A DNA stretch of 64,000 nt from Fimbriimonadaceae bacterium (GCA_049276675.1 JBASWW010000071.1:28819-92818), one strand, 5' to 3'. Positions 8,962 to 18,155 are shown, numbered from the stretch's first letter. Notes: generated by a model not told the origin, from the letters alone. Made by a program: numbers and translations.

Positions 8962-11196
8962 CTAGCACGCGCGCATATTCTTGCGGGATGCTGAGGGGAG
9001 CTTTTTCTTGGCGGGGGGCTCTGCCTTCGGCTGCTTCGAGGGCTCGATCTTGATGGCCACCGACTTAAAGCCGGGCGTTCTCGAGCGGGGATCGACCACT
9101 CGCGGCACGAGGACGTTGGCCTCGGGGTAGTACATGAGCGCGCAGCCCAGGGCGATGTCGAACGGGCGAGCGAGGATTCCGGCCATTTTGCCCGTCGCGC
9201 TCGTGACGTCCACGGGCTGATCCTCCTCGAGGCCGAGGCGCTCCATGTCCTTCACATGCAGGAGAATGACGTCGCGCCGATCCTGCGCCCGGTAGAGGTC
9301 CTCCTCTTCATAGACGACGGTATTGAATTGGCCCTCCGAGCGGACGGTCATGAGGCGCAGCTCGTTGGTTTCCAGCGGCTGGTGCCTCGGGATCGGGTGG
9401 GCGTGGAAGGCGGCTCTGCCGGTCGGGGTTGAGAAGATCGGCTCGCGCAGGTGCCGGCCGGGGATGTGGAACTCCTTATTGAGCTCGATTTGCTCAAGGC
9501 CGGGCACGAGGCGGGCGATCAGCTTCCGGATCTCGTCGTGGTCGGCTAGCCCCTTCCAGTTCAGAGCGTGCTCCATGCCAAGTGTCCGGAGCCCGAGTTC
9601 GGCAATGATCTCCACCTCGCTGCGCGGCCCCATGTAGCGGCAGTGTCCTCCGTCGCTGAGCCGGACATAGTTGAACATGGATTCCTGGGTCGTGGTCTGG
9701 CTCTCCTCGTCACGCGCGAGCACCGGAAGGATGAGCGTGGTCTTGCCTCGGCCATGGACGTGCCCGGTGTTGAGCGAGGTGCTGAGGTAGACGGCGGTCT
9801 TGATGCGGCCCAGCGCCTCGGAGACAAAGGAGGCATCGGGATTCGAGCCGTAGAGGTTTCCGCCCAGGCAGAAGGCAAAGTCAATCTCTCCCCTTCCCGA
9901 AGCCTCGATCGCCGCCATCGTGTCGTGGCCCTCAAAGGCCGGCGCTTCGATCCCCAGTTTCGCGAGGCCCTCGACCGCCGCCCGGCTAATTGCGGGGGTC
10001 ACTCCGATCGATCCAAGCCCCTGCACGTTGCTGTGGCCCCGGATCGGCATGAGCCCTGCGCCCGGCTTGCCGACCATCCCGCGCAGCAGGGCAAGATTGA
10101 CGATCCATTGCACGTTCTCGACCCCGTGCTCGTGGTGGGTGATCCCCATCGTCCAGGCAAAGATCGTGCGCCCGGACTTTGCATATTCCGCGGCGATGTC
10201 CTCAATGATCTGCCGCTCGACACCGCTGCCCTCCTCGATGTCTTGCCAGGTCAGACTCCTTGCATAGGCCGACACAGCTTCGAAGCCATCGGTTGCGGAG
10301 GCAACGAAAGCCTTGTCGCAGGCATCTCTTTCGATAATGGCCTTGGCGATCCCGGCTAGCAACGCGATATCGCCGCCGATCCTCGGCTGCACGTAAAGCG
10401 AGGCGATGCTCGATCCCCGAACCATGCTGCGCAAACTGGAGGGCACTCGGAAGCTGTCCAGCCCAAGCTCGCGGACGGGGTTGATTACGATCACCCGCCC
10501 GCCCCTTTGGCGAAGTTTCATCAGCGAGGTCATGAGTCGAGGATGATTGGAGGCCGGGTTTCCGCCGATGAGGAAGAGCAGATCGCAGGATTCCAGGTCT
10601 TCTAGCGAAACGGTAGCTGTGCCCGTGCCGATCGAGTCTTTAAGGCCGACGCCGCTCGCTTGATGGCAATAGTAGGAGCAGTTATTGACATGGTTGGTGC
10701 CGCAAGCACGGGCGAGAAGCTGCATGAGGAAGCCTGCCTCGTTCGAGCTTCGCCCGCTAGAATAGAAGAAGGTGCGATCGGGCTCGGCGGCCTTGAGTTG
10801 GGTAGCAATCCGGTCGAAAGCATCCTCCCATGAGATCGGGCGGTAGCGGGTGTCGCCAGCCTCTGCGATGACGGGCTGGGTGAGACGGCCAAGCATCTCC
10901 AGCTCGCGCGAGGAGAATGCGCACATCTGGTCGAGCGTGTAGGATTCGAACAGCTTTGGGTCGATGCAGCCGCGCATATCGGCGGCCATCGCCTGCAGCG
11001 ACTTCTTGCAGACCTCCGGAAAGCGTCCCGCCTCGTTGACCATGCCGCCCATCTGGCCCCCCATGCCCAGAGCGCAGGTCTTGCAGGCATTCTTCGAACG
11101 CATGGCCCGCCAAAGGCGCAAATAGCCGACCTCGCTCCCTTTGCGCAAGGCATACCGGATCGCCTGCCATCCTCCTCCGCTCGATACCTTTCTCAT
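8962..11196 (-). CDS. FdhF/YdeP family molybdopterin oxidoreductase
   Basis: N-terminus GGGWQAIRYALRKG...ACKTCALGMGGQ is typical of the YdeP subgroup, followed by a MopB catalytic region and a C-terminal molybdopterin-binding barrel. The start may instead be 11223, as in the ORF track. Confidence 0.85.
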   Translation of the reverse strand: MRKVSSGGGWQAIRYALRKGSEVGYLRLWRAMRSKNACKTCALGMGGQMGGMVNEAGRFPEVCKKSLQAMAADMRGCIDPKLFESYTLDQMCAFSSRELEMLGRLTQPVIAEAGDTRYRPISWEDAFDRIATQLKAAEPDRTFFYSSGRSSNEAGFLMQLLARACGTNHVNNCSYYCHQASGVGLKDSIGTGTATVSLEDLESCDLLFLIGGNPASNHPRLMTSLMKLRQRGGRVIVINPVRELGLDSFRVPSSLRSMVRGSSIASLYVQPRIGGDIALLAGIAKAIIERDACDKAFVASATDGFEAVSAYARSLTWQDIEEGSGVERQIIEDIAAEYAKSGRTIFAWTMGITHHEHGVENVQWIVNLALLRGMVGKPGAGLMPIRGHSNVQGLGSIGVTPAISRAAVEGLAKLGIEAPAFEGHDTMAAIEASGRGEIDFAFCLGGNLYGSNPDASFVSEALGRIKTAVYLSTSLNTGHVHGRGKTTLILPVLARDEESQTTTQESMFNYVRLSDGGHCRYMGPRSEVEIIAELGLRTLGMEHALNWKGLADHDEIRKLIARLVPGLEQIELNKEFHIPGRHLREPIFSTPTGRAAFHAHPIPRHQPLETNELRLMTVRSEGQFNTVVYEEEDLYRAQDRRDVILLHVKDMERLGLEEDQPVDVTSATGKMAGILARPFDIALGCALMYYPEANVLVPRVVDPRSRTPGFKSVAIKIEPSKQPKAEPPAKKKLPSASRKNMRAC

Positions 11197-11206
11197 CTGC
11201 GTGTCC

Positions 11207-11530
11207 TCATGCCTCTTTAGCATTTGCCAGGACGTCCTCGATCCAGGACATGCCTCTCATCATCGCCGGGAAGCCGATGGTGGTCAGGCATTGAAGCGCG
11301 GCATGGCGAATCTCATCCGGAGTGGCGCCCGCTTCAAGAGCCTTGCGGACATGGCTATGCACTCCGCCTTCAAGCCCTGCCGCAATCGCGATACCGACCT
11401 TGACAAGCTGGCTTGTTTTGGCGTCGAGTGGGCCCGCTCCAGCAACGGCCTGTCCTAGCTCCTGATAGGCATTGCCGACCGTCGGGTAGCGGTCAACGAA
11501 ATCGGTGAATCGCTTGGGCAGTTTGCTCAT
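11207..11530 (-). CDS. Carboxymuconolactone decarboxylase (AhpD-like) family protein
   Basis: 107-aa all-helical ORF with the pattern LDAKTSQLVKVGIAIAAG...HVRKALEAGATPDEIRHAA, typical of the CMD/AhpD-like family. Confidence 0.7.
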   Translation of the reverse strand: MSKLPKRFTDFVDRYPTVGNAYQELGQAVAGAGPLDAKTSQLVKVGIAIAAGLEGGVHSHVRKALEAGATPDEIRHAALQCLTTIGFPAMMRGMSWIEDVLANAKEA

Positions 11531-11580
11531 GCCATTACTATGGCGCGGCCGGGCAGGTGGTGTACGCTTCTAGCTCAGAG

Positions 11581-12813
11581 ATGGCTGAACGCGACAACCT
11601 CGAATATGAAGCGGCGCTGGATCTCATCTTAATCCATGCACAAGTGAGCCGGGTCGAAAGCGCCCCTCTGCTTGCGGCTTTGGGAGGGTTTCTGGCAGGG
11701 CCGGTCTTTGCGCAGGCGGACAGCCCGAGGTTCGATAATTCAGCGGTGGATGGATACGCGGTCCGCTCTGCCGACCTTACAGGCGCCACGAGGGCCAGTC
11801 CCGTCGAGCTTGCCCTGAAAGGAACCATCCGCGCGGGCGGAACCGGGCTGGAGGCTGCAGTCGAGCCGGGGACGGCCGTGCGCGTGCTGACCGGAGCCCC
11901 CGTTCCGCGCGGCGCCGATGGCGTCGCGATGCAGGAGGACGTGCAGCCAGGCAATGGATCAGTCGCTTTTGCATCAGAACTCTCACGCGGAGCAAACATT
12001 CGGCGTCAAGCCGAGGAGTACGCGGCTGGAACGGAACTCCTACCTGCGGGCATTCGCCTGAATTCGGCCATTATCGCGCTCGCAGCAGGAGCGGGCCACA
12101 AAACTCTTCCCGTCCATGTCCCTCCAAGAGTGGCCATTCTAACCACCGGCGACGAGATGGTCGAGCCTGGAGCAGAGCTGGTTTCGGGCCAGATATGGGA
12201 GTCCAACTCCTGGGGGCTGGCGGCGGAACTTCAGGCCCTGGGGATCGAAGCGTCCCGCTACCGGGTCCCCGATGACCCGATCCGCACACGAGCGGCTCTC
12301 GACGCGGCGGCCGTGGAAGCCGATGTTCTTATCACGTCAGGCGGAGTCTCAGTCGGGGAGCATGATTACGTGAAGTGCGTCTGCGAGGAGATGGGCGCGG
12401 TCAGGCGTTTTTGGGGGATGAAAGCCAAGCCGGGGCAGCCTTTCTACTTCGCCACGCTCGGCGATAAACTGGTTTTCGGACTACCCGGCAACCCTGTTTC
12501 TGCGCTCGTGACGTATGCCATGCTCGTGAAGCCTGCCCTGCTCAAGATGATGGGGTGGCGGGGGACGATGCCTCGGGTTCGGGCAAGGCTCCTCTCGGCG
12601 ATTTCGAAGAAGCCTGCACGGCTCGAGTTTGTGCGGGCCAGGAGTGAGTTTAGGGGGACACAGCTTTGGGCGGAGTCGAGCGGGCGAAGGGGCTCGCATA
12701 TGCTGGGCGGCCTTGCCTGGGCGGATTGCCTGATCCACTTTCCGTTAGGCTGCGAGAGGCTCGAAGCCGGAGACGAGGCGGACATCACAATGCTCGATTG
12801 GAGGGGCGAATGA
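11581..12813 (+). CDS. moeA: Molybdopterin molybdotransferase MoeA
   Basis: Motifs SPRFDNSAVDGYAV, TGAPVPRGADGV, TTGDE, SGGVSVGEHDY and GLPGNPVSA. Confidence 0.9.
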   Translation: MAERDNLEYEAALDLILIHAQVSRVESAPLLAALGGFLAGPVFAQADSPRFDNSAVDGYAVRSADLTGATRASPVELALKGTIRAGGTGLEAAVEPGTAVRVLTGAPVPRGADGVAMQEDVQPGNGSVAFASELSRGANIRRQAEEYAAGTELLPAGIRLNSAIIALAAGAGHKTLPVHVPPRVAILTTGDEMVEPGAELVSGQIWESNSWGLAAELQALGIEASRYRVPDDPIRTRAALDAAAVEADVLITSGGVSVGEHDYVKCVCEEMGAVRRFWGMKAKPGQPFYFATLGDKLVFGLPGNPVSALVTYAMLVKPALLKMMGWRGTMPRVRARLLSAISKKPARLEFVRARSEFRGTQLWAESSGRRGSHMLGGLAWADCLIHFPLGCERLEAGDEADITMLDWRGE

Positions 12814-13052
12814 AGCGGGTCTCGATCACCTACTACGCGATCTTTCGCGAGCAGCGAGGGCTCGGATCTGAAGAACTGCTAACCTCGGCGGCGTCCTATG
12901 GCGATCTTTACGACGAGCTCAGAGCGCGGCATGGGTTCACCCTCGATCCCTCGCTCGTGCGGTCAGCCGTGAACGGCGCATTTGTGCCTAAGGACCAGCT
13001 CTTGTGCGAGGGCGATGCGGTCGTTTTCATCCCGCCGGTGGCCGGGGGATGA
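12810..13052 (+). CDS. moaD: Molybdopterin synthase sulfur-carrier subunit MoaD (ThiS/MoaD beta-grasp)
   Basis: 80 aa ending ...FIPPVAGG (C-terminal Gly-Gly). The ATG overlaps the moeA stop (ATGA). Confidence 0.85.
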   Translation: MKRVSITYYAIFREQRGLGSEELLTSAASYGDLYDELRARHGFTLDPSLVRSAVNGAFVPKDQLLCEGDAVVFIPPVAGG

Positions 13053-14485
13053 GCTTCCGACTCACCCATGATCCATTGAGCGAGCGGCCCGACCTCGGCG
13101 CTCCCGAAGATGGGGCCGTTGCTTCCTTTGTGGGCCGGGTGCGCAACAACGATGCGGGGCGGCCAGTCGAGTCGCTCGAATATGAAGCTTTTGACCAACT
13201 TGCCATCAGCGAAGGGCTGGCGATATTGGCTGAGGCGCGTGGCCGCTTTGCAATCTCGGAAGCAGCCTGCACACACAGGCTGGGGAGATTGAGTATCGGC
13301 GAAGCGGCTATCCGAATCGATGTGGCTGCCCCTCATCGACAGGCTGCCTTCGACGCCTGCCGCTACATCCTCGACGAGGTCAAGAAACGGGTGCCGATCT
13401 GGAAGAAGGAGCACTTCATCGGCAGACCCCCTGAATGGGTAAACAGCACCAATCCACCTGCAGGCAGCGCATACTACTCCCGCCAGATCGTGCTGCCCGA
13501 GGTCGGCGCAGCTGGCCAGCGCAAACTGGGCGAGGCGAGCGTTCTCGTGGTTGGGGCGGGCGGGCTGGGCTGCTCTGCGCTGCAGTACTTGGCGGGAGCA
13601 GGAGTGGGAGTGATAGGCGTCTGCGATTTTGATCGCCTCCACGAAAGCAACTTGCACCGGCAAACGCTCTACAGCCATGCGGACGTGGGCCAGTCGAAAG
13701 CGGGGCTTGCTGCGCGCCGGATCGAATCTATGAATCCGTTCATGACGGTAAGGGCGCACAATGAAGCGATCACCGCCGAGATTCTGCAGGGCTACGACCT
13801 TGTGCTCGACTGCGCGGATAACTTTGCCACGAAATTCTTGCTAAACGACGCCTGCGTCCAAGCTGGAAAGGTGCTAATTCAGGCGAGCATTTATCAGTTC
13901 GAGGGACAGGTTCTGCTTATCCAGCCCGGCGGTCCATGCCTGAGATGCTTGTGGCCGGAACAGCCCGATGAGGGATGCATTGGCTCCTGTGCGGACGCCG
14001 GGGTTCTGGGCTTCGTGCCCGGAGCTTTTGGGGCGGTGCAGGCGGCAGAAGCGATCAAATTCATCTTGGGGATATCCAGCCCGCTTTGCGAGGGCAAGAT
14101 GCTGATTCTTGAGCTTCTCGGCTATGAAACCCATTTCATTGCCGTCCCGAGAGACCCGAACTGCCCCGCTTGCGGTGCCGGTGCTCCAGCGGTCTCGGAG
14201 TCGGCTTCTTTGTGCATATCCGCAGAGGAGGTTTCCGATTGCCTGCTGATCGACCTTCGAACCCCCGACGAAGTAGCGCAAAGGCCCCTTGGCTCGTGTT
14301 CGATGGTTCTGAGCGAGGTCGAGGTTCTGAGTCGAGACTGGCGTGACGCCGGGCGCTGCGTTCTGGTCTGCCGCAAAGGCATTCGCAGCCGCGCTCTCGC
14401 GCTCGAGCTCCGCGAGCAGGGTTTTGAAAATGTCTACTCTCTGACCGGCGGCGCGGAGGCTCTGTTGAGGCTCCAAGCTAGGTAA
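13049..14485 (+). CDS. Fusion protein: molybdopterin synthase catalytic subunit MoaE + MoeB/ThiF-type adenylyltransferase + rhodanese domain
   Basis: The N-terminal ~140 aa are MoaE-like (HRQAAFDACRYILDEVKKRVPIWKKE). The middle is ThiF/MoeB-like (VLVVGAGGLGCSALQYLAGAGVG, CLRC and CPAC pairs). The C-terminus is a rhodanese with loop CRKGIRS. ATG 13049 overlaps the moaD stop. Confidence 0.85.
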   Translation: MSFRLTHDPLSERPDLGAPEDGAVASFVGRVRNNDAGRPVESLEYEAFDQLAISEGLAILAEARGRFAISEAACTHRLGRLSIGEAAIRIDVAAPHRQAAFDACRYILDEVKKRVPIWKKEHFIGRPPEWVNSTNPPAGSAYYSRQIVLPEVGAAGQRKLGEASVLVVGAGGLGCSALQYLAGAGVGVIGVCDFDRLHESNLHRQTLYSHADVGQSKAGLAARRIESMNPFMTVRAHNEAITAEILQGYDLVLDCADNFATKFLLNDACVQAGKVLIQASIYQFEGQVLLIQPGGPCLRCLWPEQPDEGCIGSCADAGVLGFVPGAFGAVQAAEAIKFILGISSPLCEGKMLILELLGYETHFIAVPRDPNCPACGAGAPAVSESASLCISAEEVSDCLLIDLRTPDEVAQRPLGSCSMVLSEVEVLSRDWRDAGRCVLVCRKGIRSRALALELREQGFENVYSLTGGAEALLRLQAR

Positions 14486-15239
14486 GGAGCAGCTTTGTCG
14501 CCGCAATGGCAAGTACAGCGCTCAAAAGCCAGCGAATCCAATAGGGTGCAAGCTTGCGGGCTCCGATCTCGCTGCCGATGAGCCCGCCGAGAAAGGCCGC
14601 CCCTGCCAGCGCCCCCGCTGAGGCCGGCAACGACTGCAGACCCGCTACATGTCCAAGCAGCCCCGCCCCCGAGTTTACAAAGATGAAGAGTGCGGAGATG
14701 CCGAGGGTCTCGCGGATTGTCGCCCAGCCGGTCAGAATCAGAAGAGGGCTTAAAAATATTCCGCCCCCCACACCGATCAAGCCCGATACGAACCCAATCG
14801 CGCCGCCGAAAGCCAGCCCGGCGGAGATCGGGAGGGGCCGAACCACTTTCTCTTCACGGGGCAACAAAAGGGCGACCGCGGCCAAGATGAGTACGGAGCC
14901 GAGCACGGTCCTATAAGCGTCTCGCGATGTCCCAATTGATCCGCCGATGAACGAAGCAGGCACCGACGCGAATGCAAATACCCAGAACACCGTCGGCTTG
15001 AAGCAACCCTCGCGGATGTACCGAAGGCTTGCCAATCCTGACACGAGCAGGTTGAGCACGAGCGCCGTCGGCTTCATCTGCGCTGGCGCCATTCCGGCGA
15101 GCGCCATCGCGGCAAGGTAGCCCGATGCTCCCCCGTGCCCGACCGAGGAATACAGCACCGCCACCAGGAGAGCCGCCAAAGCGAGCAGCCAAAGGTCCAC
15201 GGATTCAGTTTGCCCGCGATAGATGCCGGGTGTCACCAT
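14478..15239 (-). CDS. Sulfite exporter TauE/SafE family membrane protein
   Basis: Polytopic protein with duplicated TauE-type segments (GHGGASGY..., GVGGGIFLSPLL). The start is uncertain: the ORF track gives 15308 and ATG 15239 is used here. Confidence 0.75.
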   Translation of the reverse strand: MVTPGIYRGQTESVDLWLLALAALLVAVLYSSVGHGGASGYLAAMALAGMAPAQMKPTALVLNLLVSGLASLRYIREGCFKPTVFWVFAFASVPASFIGGSIGTSRDAYRTVLGSVLILAAVALLLPREEKVVRPLPISAGLAFGGAIGFVSGLIGVGGGIFLSPLLILTGWATIRETLGISALFIFVNSGAGLLGHVAGLQSLPASAGALAGAAFLGGLIGSEIGARKLAPYWIRWLLSAVLAIAATKLLLT

Positions 15240-15246
15240 AGGGGAT

Positions 15247-15810
15247 GTGATTGATGTGGAGGCGGTGCTTCTCACTGGCGGCGCGAGCAGGAGAATGGGC
15301 GGGGACAAGGCCTCCCTACGACTTCCAACGGGAACGATGGCTCAGACGATTGCGGACGCGCTGATTGGGGCAGGATTGGCAGTGACTGTCCTGGGCCGTC
15401 AGCCGCTGCCGGGTTTGCCGTTCCAAATGGATGGTGGCGAATTCGAAGGCCCACTTCGAGCCATCGCCGCTTTTGAGCCAACCAAGAAGTTCGTCTTTGC
15501 TTGTTCCTGCGACCTTCCCCTCTTCGATGCCCGCCTCATTCAGCTGCTATGGGACCGAATGGGAAACTTCGATGCCGCCATTCCCGCGGCTGGAGACCGC
15601 CTCCAGCCGCTTTGCGCGCTCTACCGCTCAGCGGCGTTCGAAGCGGCCAGGAGTCTGGCTTCAGAAGGTGAGCGCCGGATCATGGCATGGATAGACACAT
15701 TGAACATGGCTACGATCACCCAAGCCGATCTCGGGCAAGCTGGTATCTCACCTCTCGCGATCAGGAGCGCAAACACACCGCAGGAGCTCGAGGCGCTGCT
15801 TGGACCCTAG
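15247..15810 (+). CDS. mobA: Molybdenum cofactor guanylyltransferase MobA
   Basis: LLTGGASRRMGGDKASL nucleotide-binding motif and a CSCDLPL segment. The start is ambiguous among 15223, 15247 and 15256 (GTG codons). Confidence 0.8.
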   Translation: MIDVEAVLLTGGASRRMGGDKASLRLPTGTMAQTIADALIGAGLAVTVLGRQPLPGLPFQMDGGEFEGPLRAIAAFEPTKKFVFACSCDLPLFDARLIQLLWDRMGNFDAAIPAAGDRLQPLCALYRSAAFEAARSLASEGERRIMAWIDTLNMATITQADLGQAGISPLAIRSANTPQELEALLGP

Positions 15811-16925
15811 CCCCCGATCTGGCTCATACTGCGGCCGACGGTGCGCTGACCCTCGGCCAGATAATGGCGCTCGGGCTTATGGAGAACAACATGATAAAAC
15901 AGGCTTCGAAGCTCCTCGTCGGACACCCCTGCCCGCAAGGGATCACGAAGGTTCAGTTCCCCGTCCGACATCAGGCATGGGCGAAGGAACCCGTCGTGGG
16001 TCAGCCGCAGGCGATTGCAGCTCTCGCAGAAGTCGTGCGTGATCTGGCTGATGAAGCCGATCGTGCCAGGGGCGCCGGGGATGCGATAGCTTCGGGCTGG
16101 CCCGTTGGTCGCGATGACCGCATGCTCCAGAGCCCCATGCACCATCTCGATCCGGTCGCGGATTTCTGCCGAAGATACGAACATGCGCCTCATCTGGGCA
16201 TCCCCAAGCATGCCGCCCGATGTCTGCCGGATCTGGAGCAATCCCTTCCCGTTGTGGGCTGCAAAAGTATCGAACGGCTCCACGTCTCCAAGGTCCCACC
16301 GGATGGGCATCAGCTCGATGAATCGAATGTGGATTTCCTCGCGCTGGGTCCAGGAGGCGAAGTCAGCAGCCTCGTGATCGTTCACTCCGCGCATGGCGAC
16401 GCAATTGATCTTGATCGGATCGAGCCCCGACTTCTTGGCTGCGGAGATGCCGCGAAGAACCTTCTCCAACGAGCCCCGCCTTGCGATTTCAACGAATCTA
16501 GCGGGGTCGAGCGTGTCCAGGCTGACATTGATCCGACTAAGCCCATTGAGTGCAAGATCGGGGGCCATCTCTTCAAGAAGGTGCCCGTTCGTCGTGCAGC
16601 TCAGGTCGTCAATGCCGGGCAGGCTGGCGATCTCCCCCACGATGCGAGGAAGATCCTTGCGGAGGAGAGGCTCGCCGCCGGTCAGCCGAACCTTCCGAAT
16701 CCCAATCGACGCCCCGATCCGGACCAGCCGAACGATCTCGTCACTCGTCAGATGTTCGTGCTTGGGTGTCGCCGGGTAGCCCTCTTCTGGCATGCAATAG
16801 ACGCAGCGGAAATTGCACCGATCCGTGACCGACACCCGCAGGTAATCGACCGTTCTCCCGAATGGATCCTTCACAGACTTTCCAACCCGCTTCAAGATAC
16901 CGGCTGGCGCCGCAAGTAAACTCAC
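15807..16925 (-). CDS. moaA: GTP 3',8-cyclase MoaA (radical SAM)
   Basis: DRCNFRCVYCMP radical-SAM cluster motif and the C-terminal FCESCNRLRLTHDG auxiliary cluster motif. An alternative GTG start lies at 16874. Confidence 0.93.
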   Translation of the reverse strand: MSLLAAPAGILKRVGKSVKDPFGRTVDYLRVSVTDRCNFRCVYCMPEEGYPATPKHEHLTSDEIVRLVRIGASIGIRKVRLTGGEPLLRKDLPRIVGEIASLPGIDDLSCTTNGHLLEEMAPDLALNGLSRINVSLDTLDPARFVEIARRGSLEKVLRGISAAKKSGLDPIKINCVAMRGVNDHEAADFASWTQREEIHIRFIELMPIRWDLGDVEPFDTFAAHNGKGLLQIRQTSGGMLGDAQMRRMFVSSAEIRDRIEMVHGALEHAVIATNGPARSYRIPGAPGTIGFISQITHDFCESCNRLRLTHDGFLRPCLMSDGELNLRDPLRAGVSDEELRSLFYHVVLHKPERHYLAEGQRTVGRSMSQIGG

Positions 16926-16928
16926 CCC

Positions 16929-17387
16929 ATGCGCCGCCTATCCCACATCGACGAGAATGGCACACCTCGCATGGTGGATGTTTCGGGCAAAGCGGCTTCT
17001 GTACGAGCTGCCCTAGCCGAAGGCTGGCTTCTCATCAAGCCCGAGCATCAGGCGTCGCTAACCAGCTTGCCTAAAGGGGATGCGCTGACGGTCGCCCAGG
17101 TCGCCGGTATCCAGGCCGCGAAGAAGTGCAGCGAGCTCATTCCGCTCTGCCATCAGGTGGCGCTGACCTCCGTCGATGTTCAGATTGAGCCACGGGATGG
17201 CCACATACGAATCACCGCGGAAGCCTGCGCGAAGGACGCGACCGGGGTTGAAATGGAGGCCTATACGGCGGTCGTCGTGGCAGGCATCACCCTCATCGAT
17301 ATGCTTAAGGGCATCGACCCCGACCTCACACTGACCGACGTTCGGCTTCTGAAAAAGACAGGGGGAAAGCGCGACTGGACCCGCTGA
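16929..17387 (+). CDS. moaC: Cyclic pyranopterin monophosphate synthase MoaC
   Basis: MVDVSGK, LIPLCHQVALT and TGVEMEAYTA motifs. Confidence 0.93.
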   Translation: MRRLSHIDENGTPRMVDVSGKAASVRAALAEGWLLIKPEHQASLTSLPKGDALTVAQVAGIQAAKKCSELIPLCHQVALTSVDVQIEPRDGHIRITAEACAKDATGVEMEAYTAVVVAGITLIDMLKGIDPDLTLTDVRLLKKTGGKRDWTR

Positions 17388-17401
17388 TCGGAATCATTAC
17401 C

Positions 17402-17863
17402 GTGAGTGACAGCCGCTTCGCCGGAGAGAATCCGGACGAGAGCGGTCCCCGTCTGGCGAGCGCGCTGCGCGAAGCGGGCTACTCGCAATTCACCTTCACC
17501 CTCGTCCCGGATGAAACCGCCGCCATTCAAGAAGCCATTTTGGCGATGTGCCACAAGTGCACGGCAATCTTCACAACCGGTGGCACCGGGTTCGCCCCAA
17601 AGGACCTCACGCCAGAGGCCACTCAGCCCCTAATCGAAAGGCCCGCACCGAACCTGAGCGAATTGATGAGGCTCGCCGGCCATCGAGACACACCCTTCGC
17701 CCATCTGTCGCGGGGAGTAGCCGGATTGCGCGGCGGGACGCTCATCGTGAATCTGCCCGGGTCTCCGGCAGCCGTCGTGTCGGGAATAAAGGCGCTCGCA
17801 CCCCTGCTGCCTCACCTCTTCGAGACCCTGGCTGACTCACAGCCCGGACATCCGAGGTGCTGA
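17402..17863 (+). CDS. mog: Molybdopterin adenylyltransferase MogA/MoaB family
   Basis: TTGGTGFAPKDLTPEAT and LSRGVAG..LIVNLPGSP motifs. The conserved ITVSD block begins upstream of GTG 17402, so the true start may be a non-canonical codon near 17384-17396. Confidence 0.85.
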   Translation: MSDSRFAGENPDESGPRLASALREAGYSQFTFTLVPDETAAIQEAILAMCHKCTAIFTTGGTGFAPKDLTPEATQPLIERPAPNLSELMRLAGHRDTPFAHLSRGVAGLRGGTLIVNLPGSPAAVVSGIKALAPLLPHLFETLADSQPGHPRC

Positions 17864-17982
17864 ACCCGAATAGAGCCGCGATCCGAAGGCAAGCGCGGAA
17901 CTAATCAATGCGTTAAGAAAAGGGCTGTCTGGGGTATCCAGAAGCACTCTTGTCTCAACCACGCAGTAGAACTGACAGGTTG

Positions 17983-18055
17983 TGGAGGTAAGGGGACTCG
18001 AACCCCTGACTTCCTGCTTGCAAAGCAGGCGCTCTCCCAACTGAGCTATACCCCC
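17983..18055 (-). tRNA. tRNA-Ala (anticodon UGC)
   Basis: Hand fold of GGGGGTATAGCTCAGTTGGGAGAGCGCCTGCTTTGCAAGCAGGAAGTCAGGGGTTCGAGTCCCCTTACCTCCA. It has a 7-bp acceptor stem with the G3:U70 Ala identity pair, anticodon loop TTTGCAA and T-loop GGTTCGAGTCC. CCA is not encoded. Confidence 0.93.
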
Positions 18056-18155
18056 ACGCGGGAGGAGAGTTTACCAGCGGGGCGGAAGCGACAAAGCGCA
18101 ATCCGACTGGCAACGGCATGGAGTACCATCGCGCCGACCTGGAGCGGGAAACGGC

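Noticed and set aside
8531-9053. Plus-strand ORFs 8531-8851, 8625-9053 and 8809-8994 listed in the ORF track.
   Set aside because: Their translations are Cys/Arg/Leu-rich with no motif. The opposite strand carries two compact, codon-biased micro-ORFs and the 3' end of the YdeP-like gene, which explain the region better.
8962-11223. Possible selenocysteine recoding in the formate-dehydrogenase-like YdeP gene.
   Set aside because: The ORF is continuous with no in-frame TGA, and the YdeP subgroup is not known to require Sec.
11531-11580. Search for a Moco riboswitch upstream of moeA, moaA or moaC.
   Set aside because: The available spacers (about 50 nt, and 3-54 nt at moaA/moaC) are too short for the ~130-nt Moco RNA motif, and I saw no matching conserved helices.
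17837-18040. 67-aa ORF overlapping tRNA-Ala. ORFs 61746-62033 and 61767-61964, and the 5' extension of the PrcA-like ORF up to 61809, overlap tRNA-Lys.
   Set aside because: They overlap well-folding tRNA genes. The PrcA-like gene has a plausible internal ATG at 61746 downstream of the tRNA.
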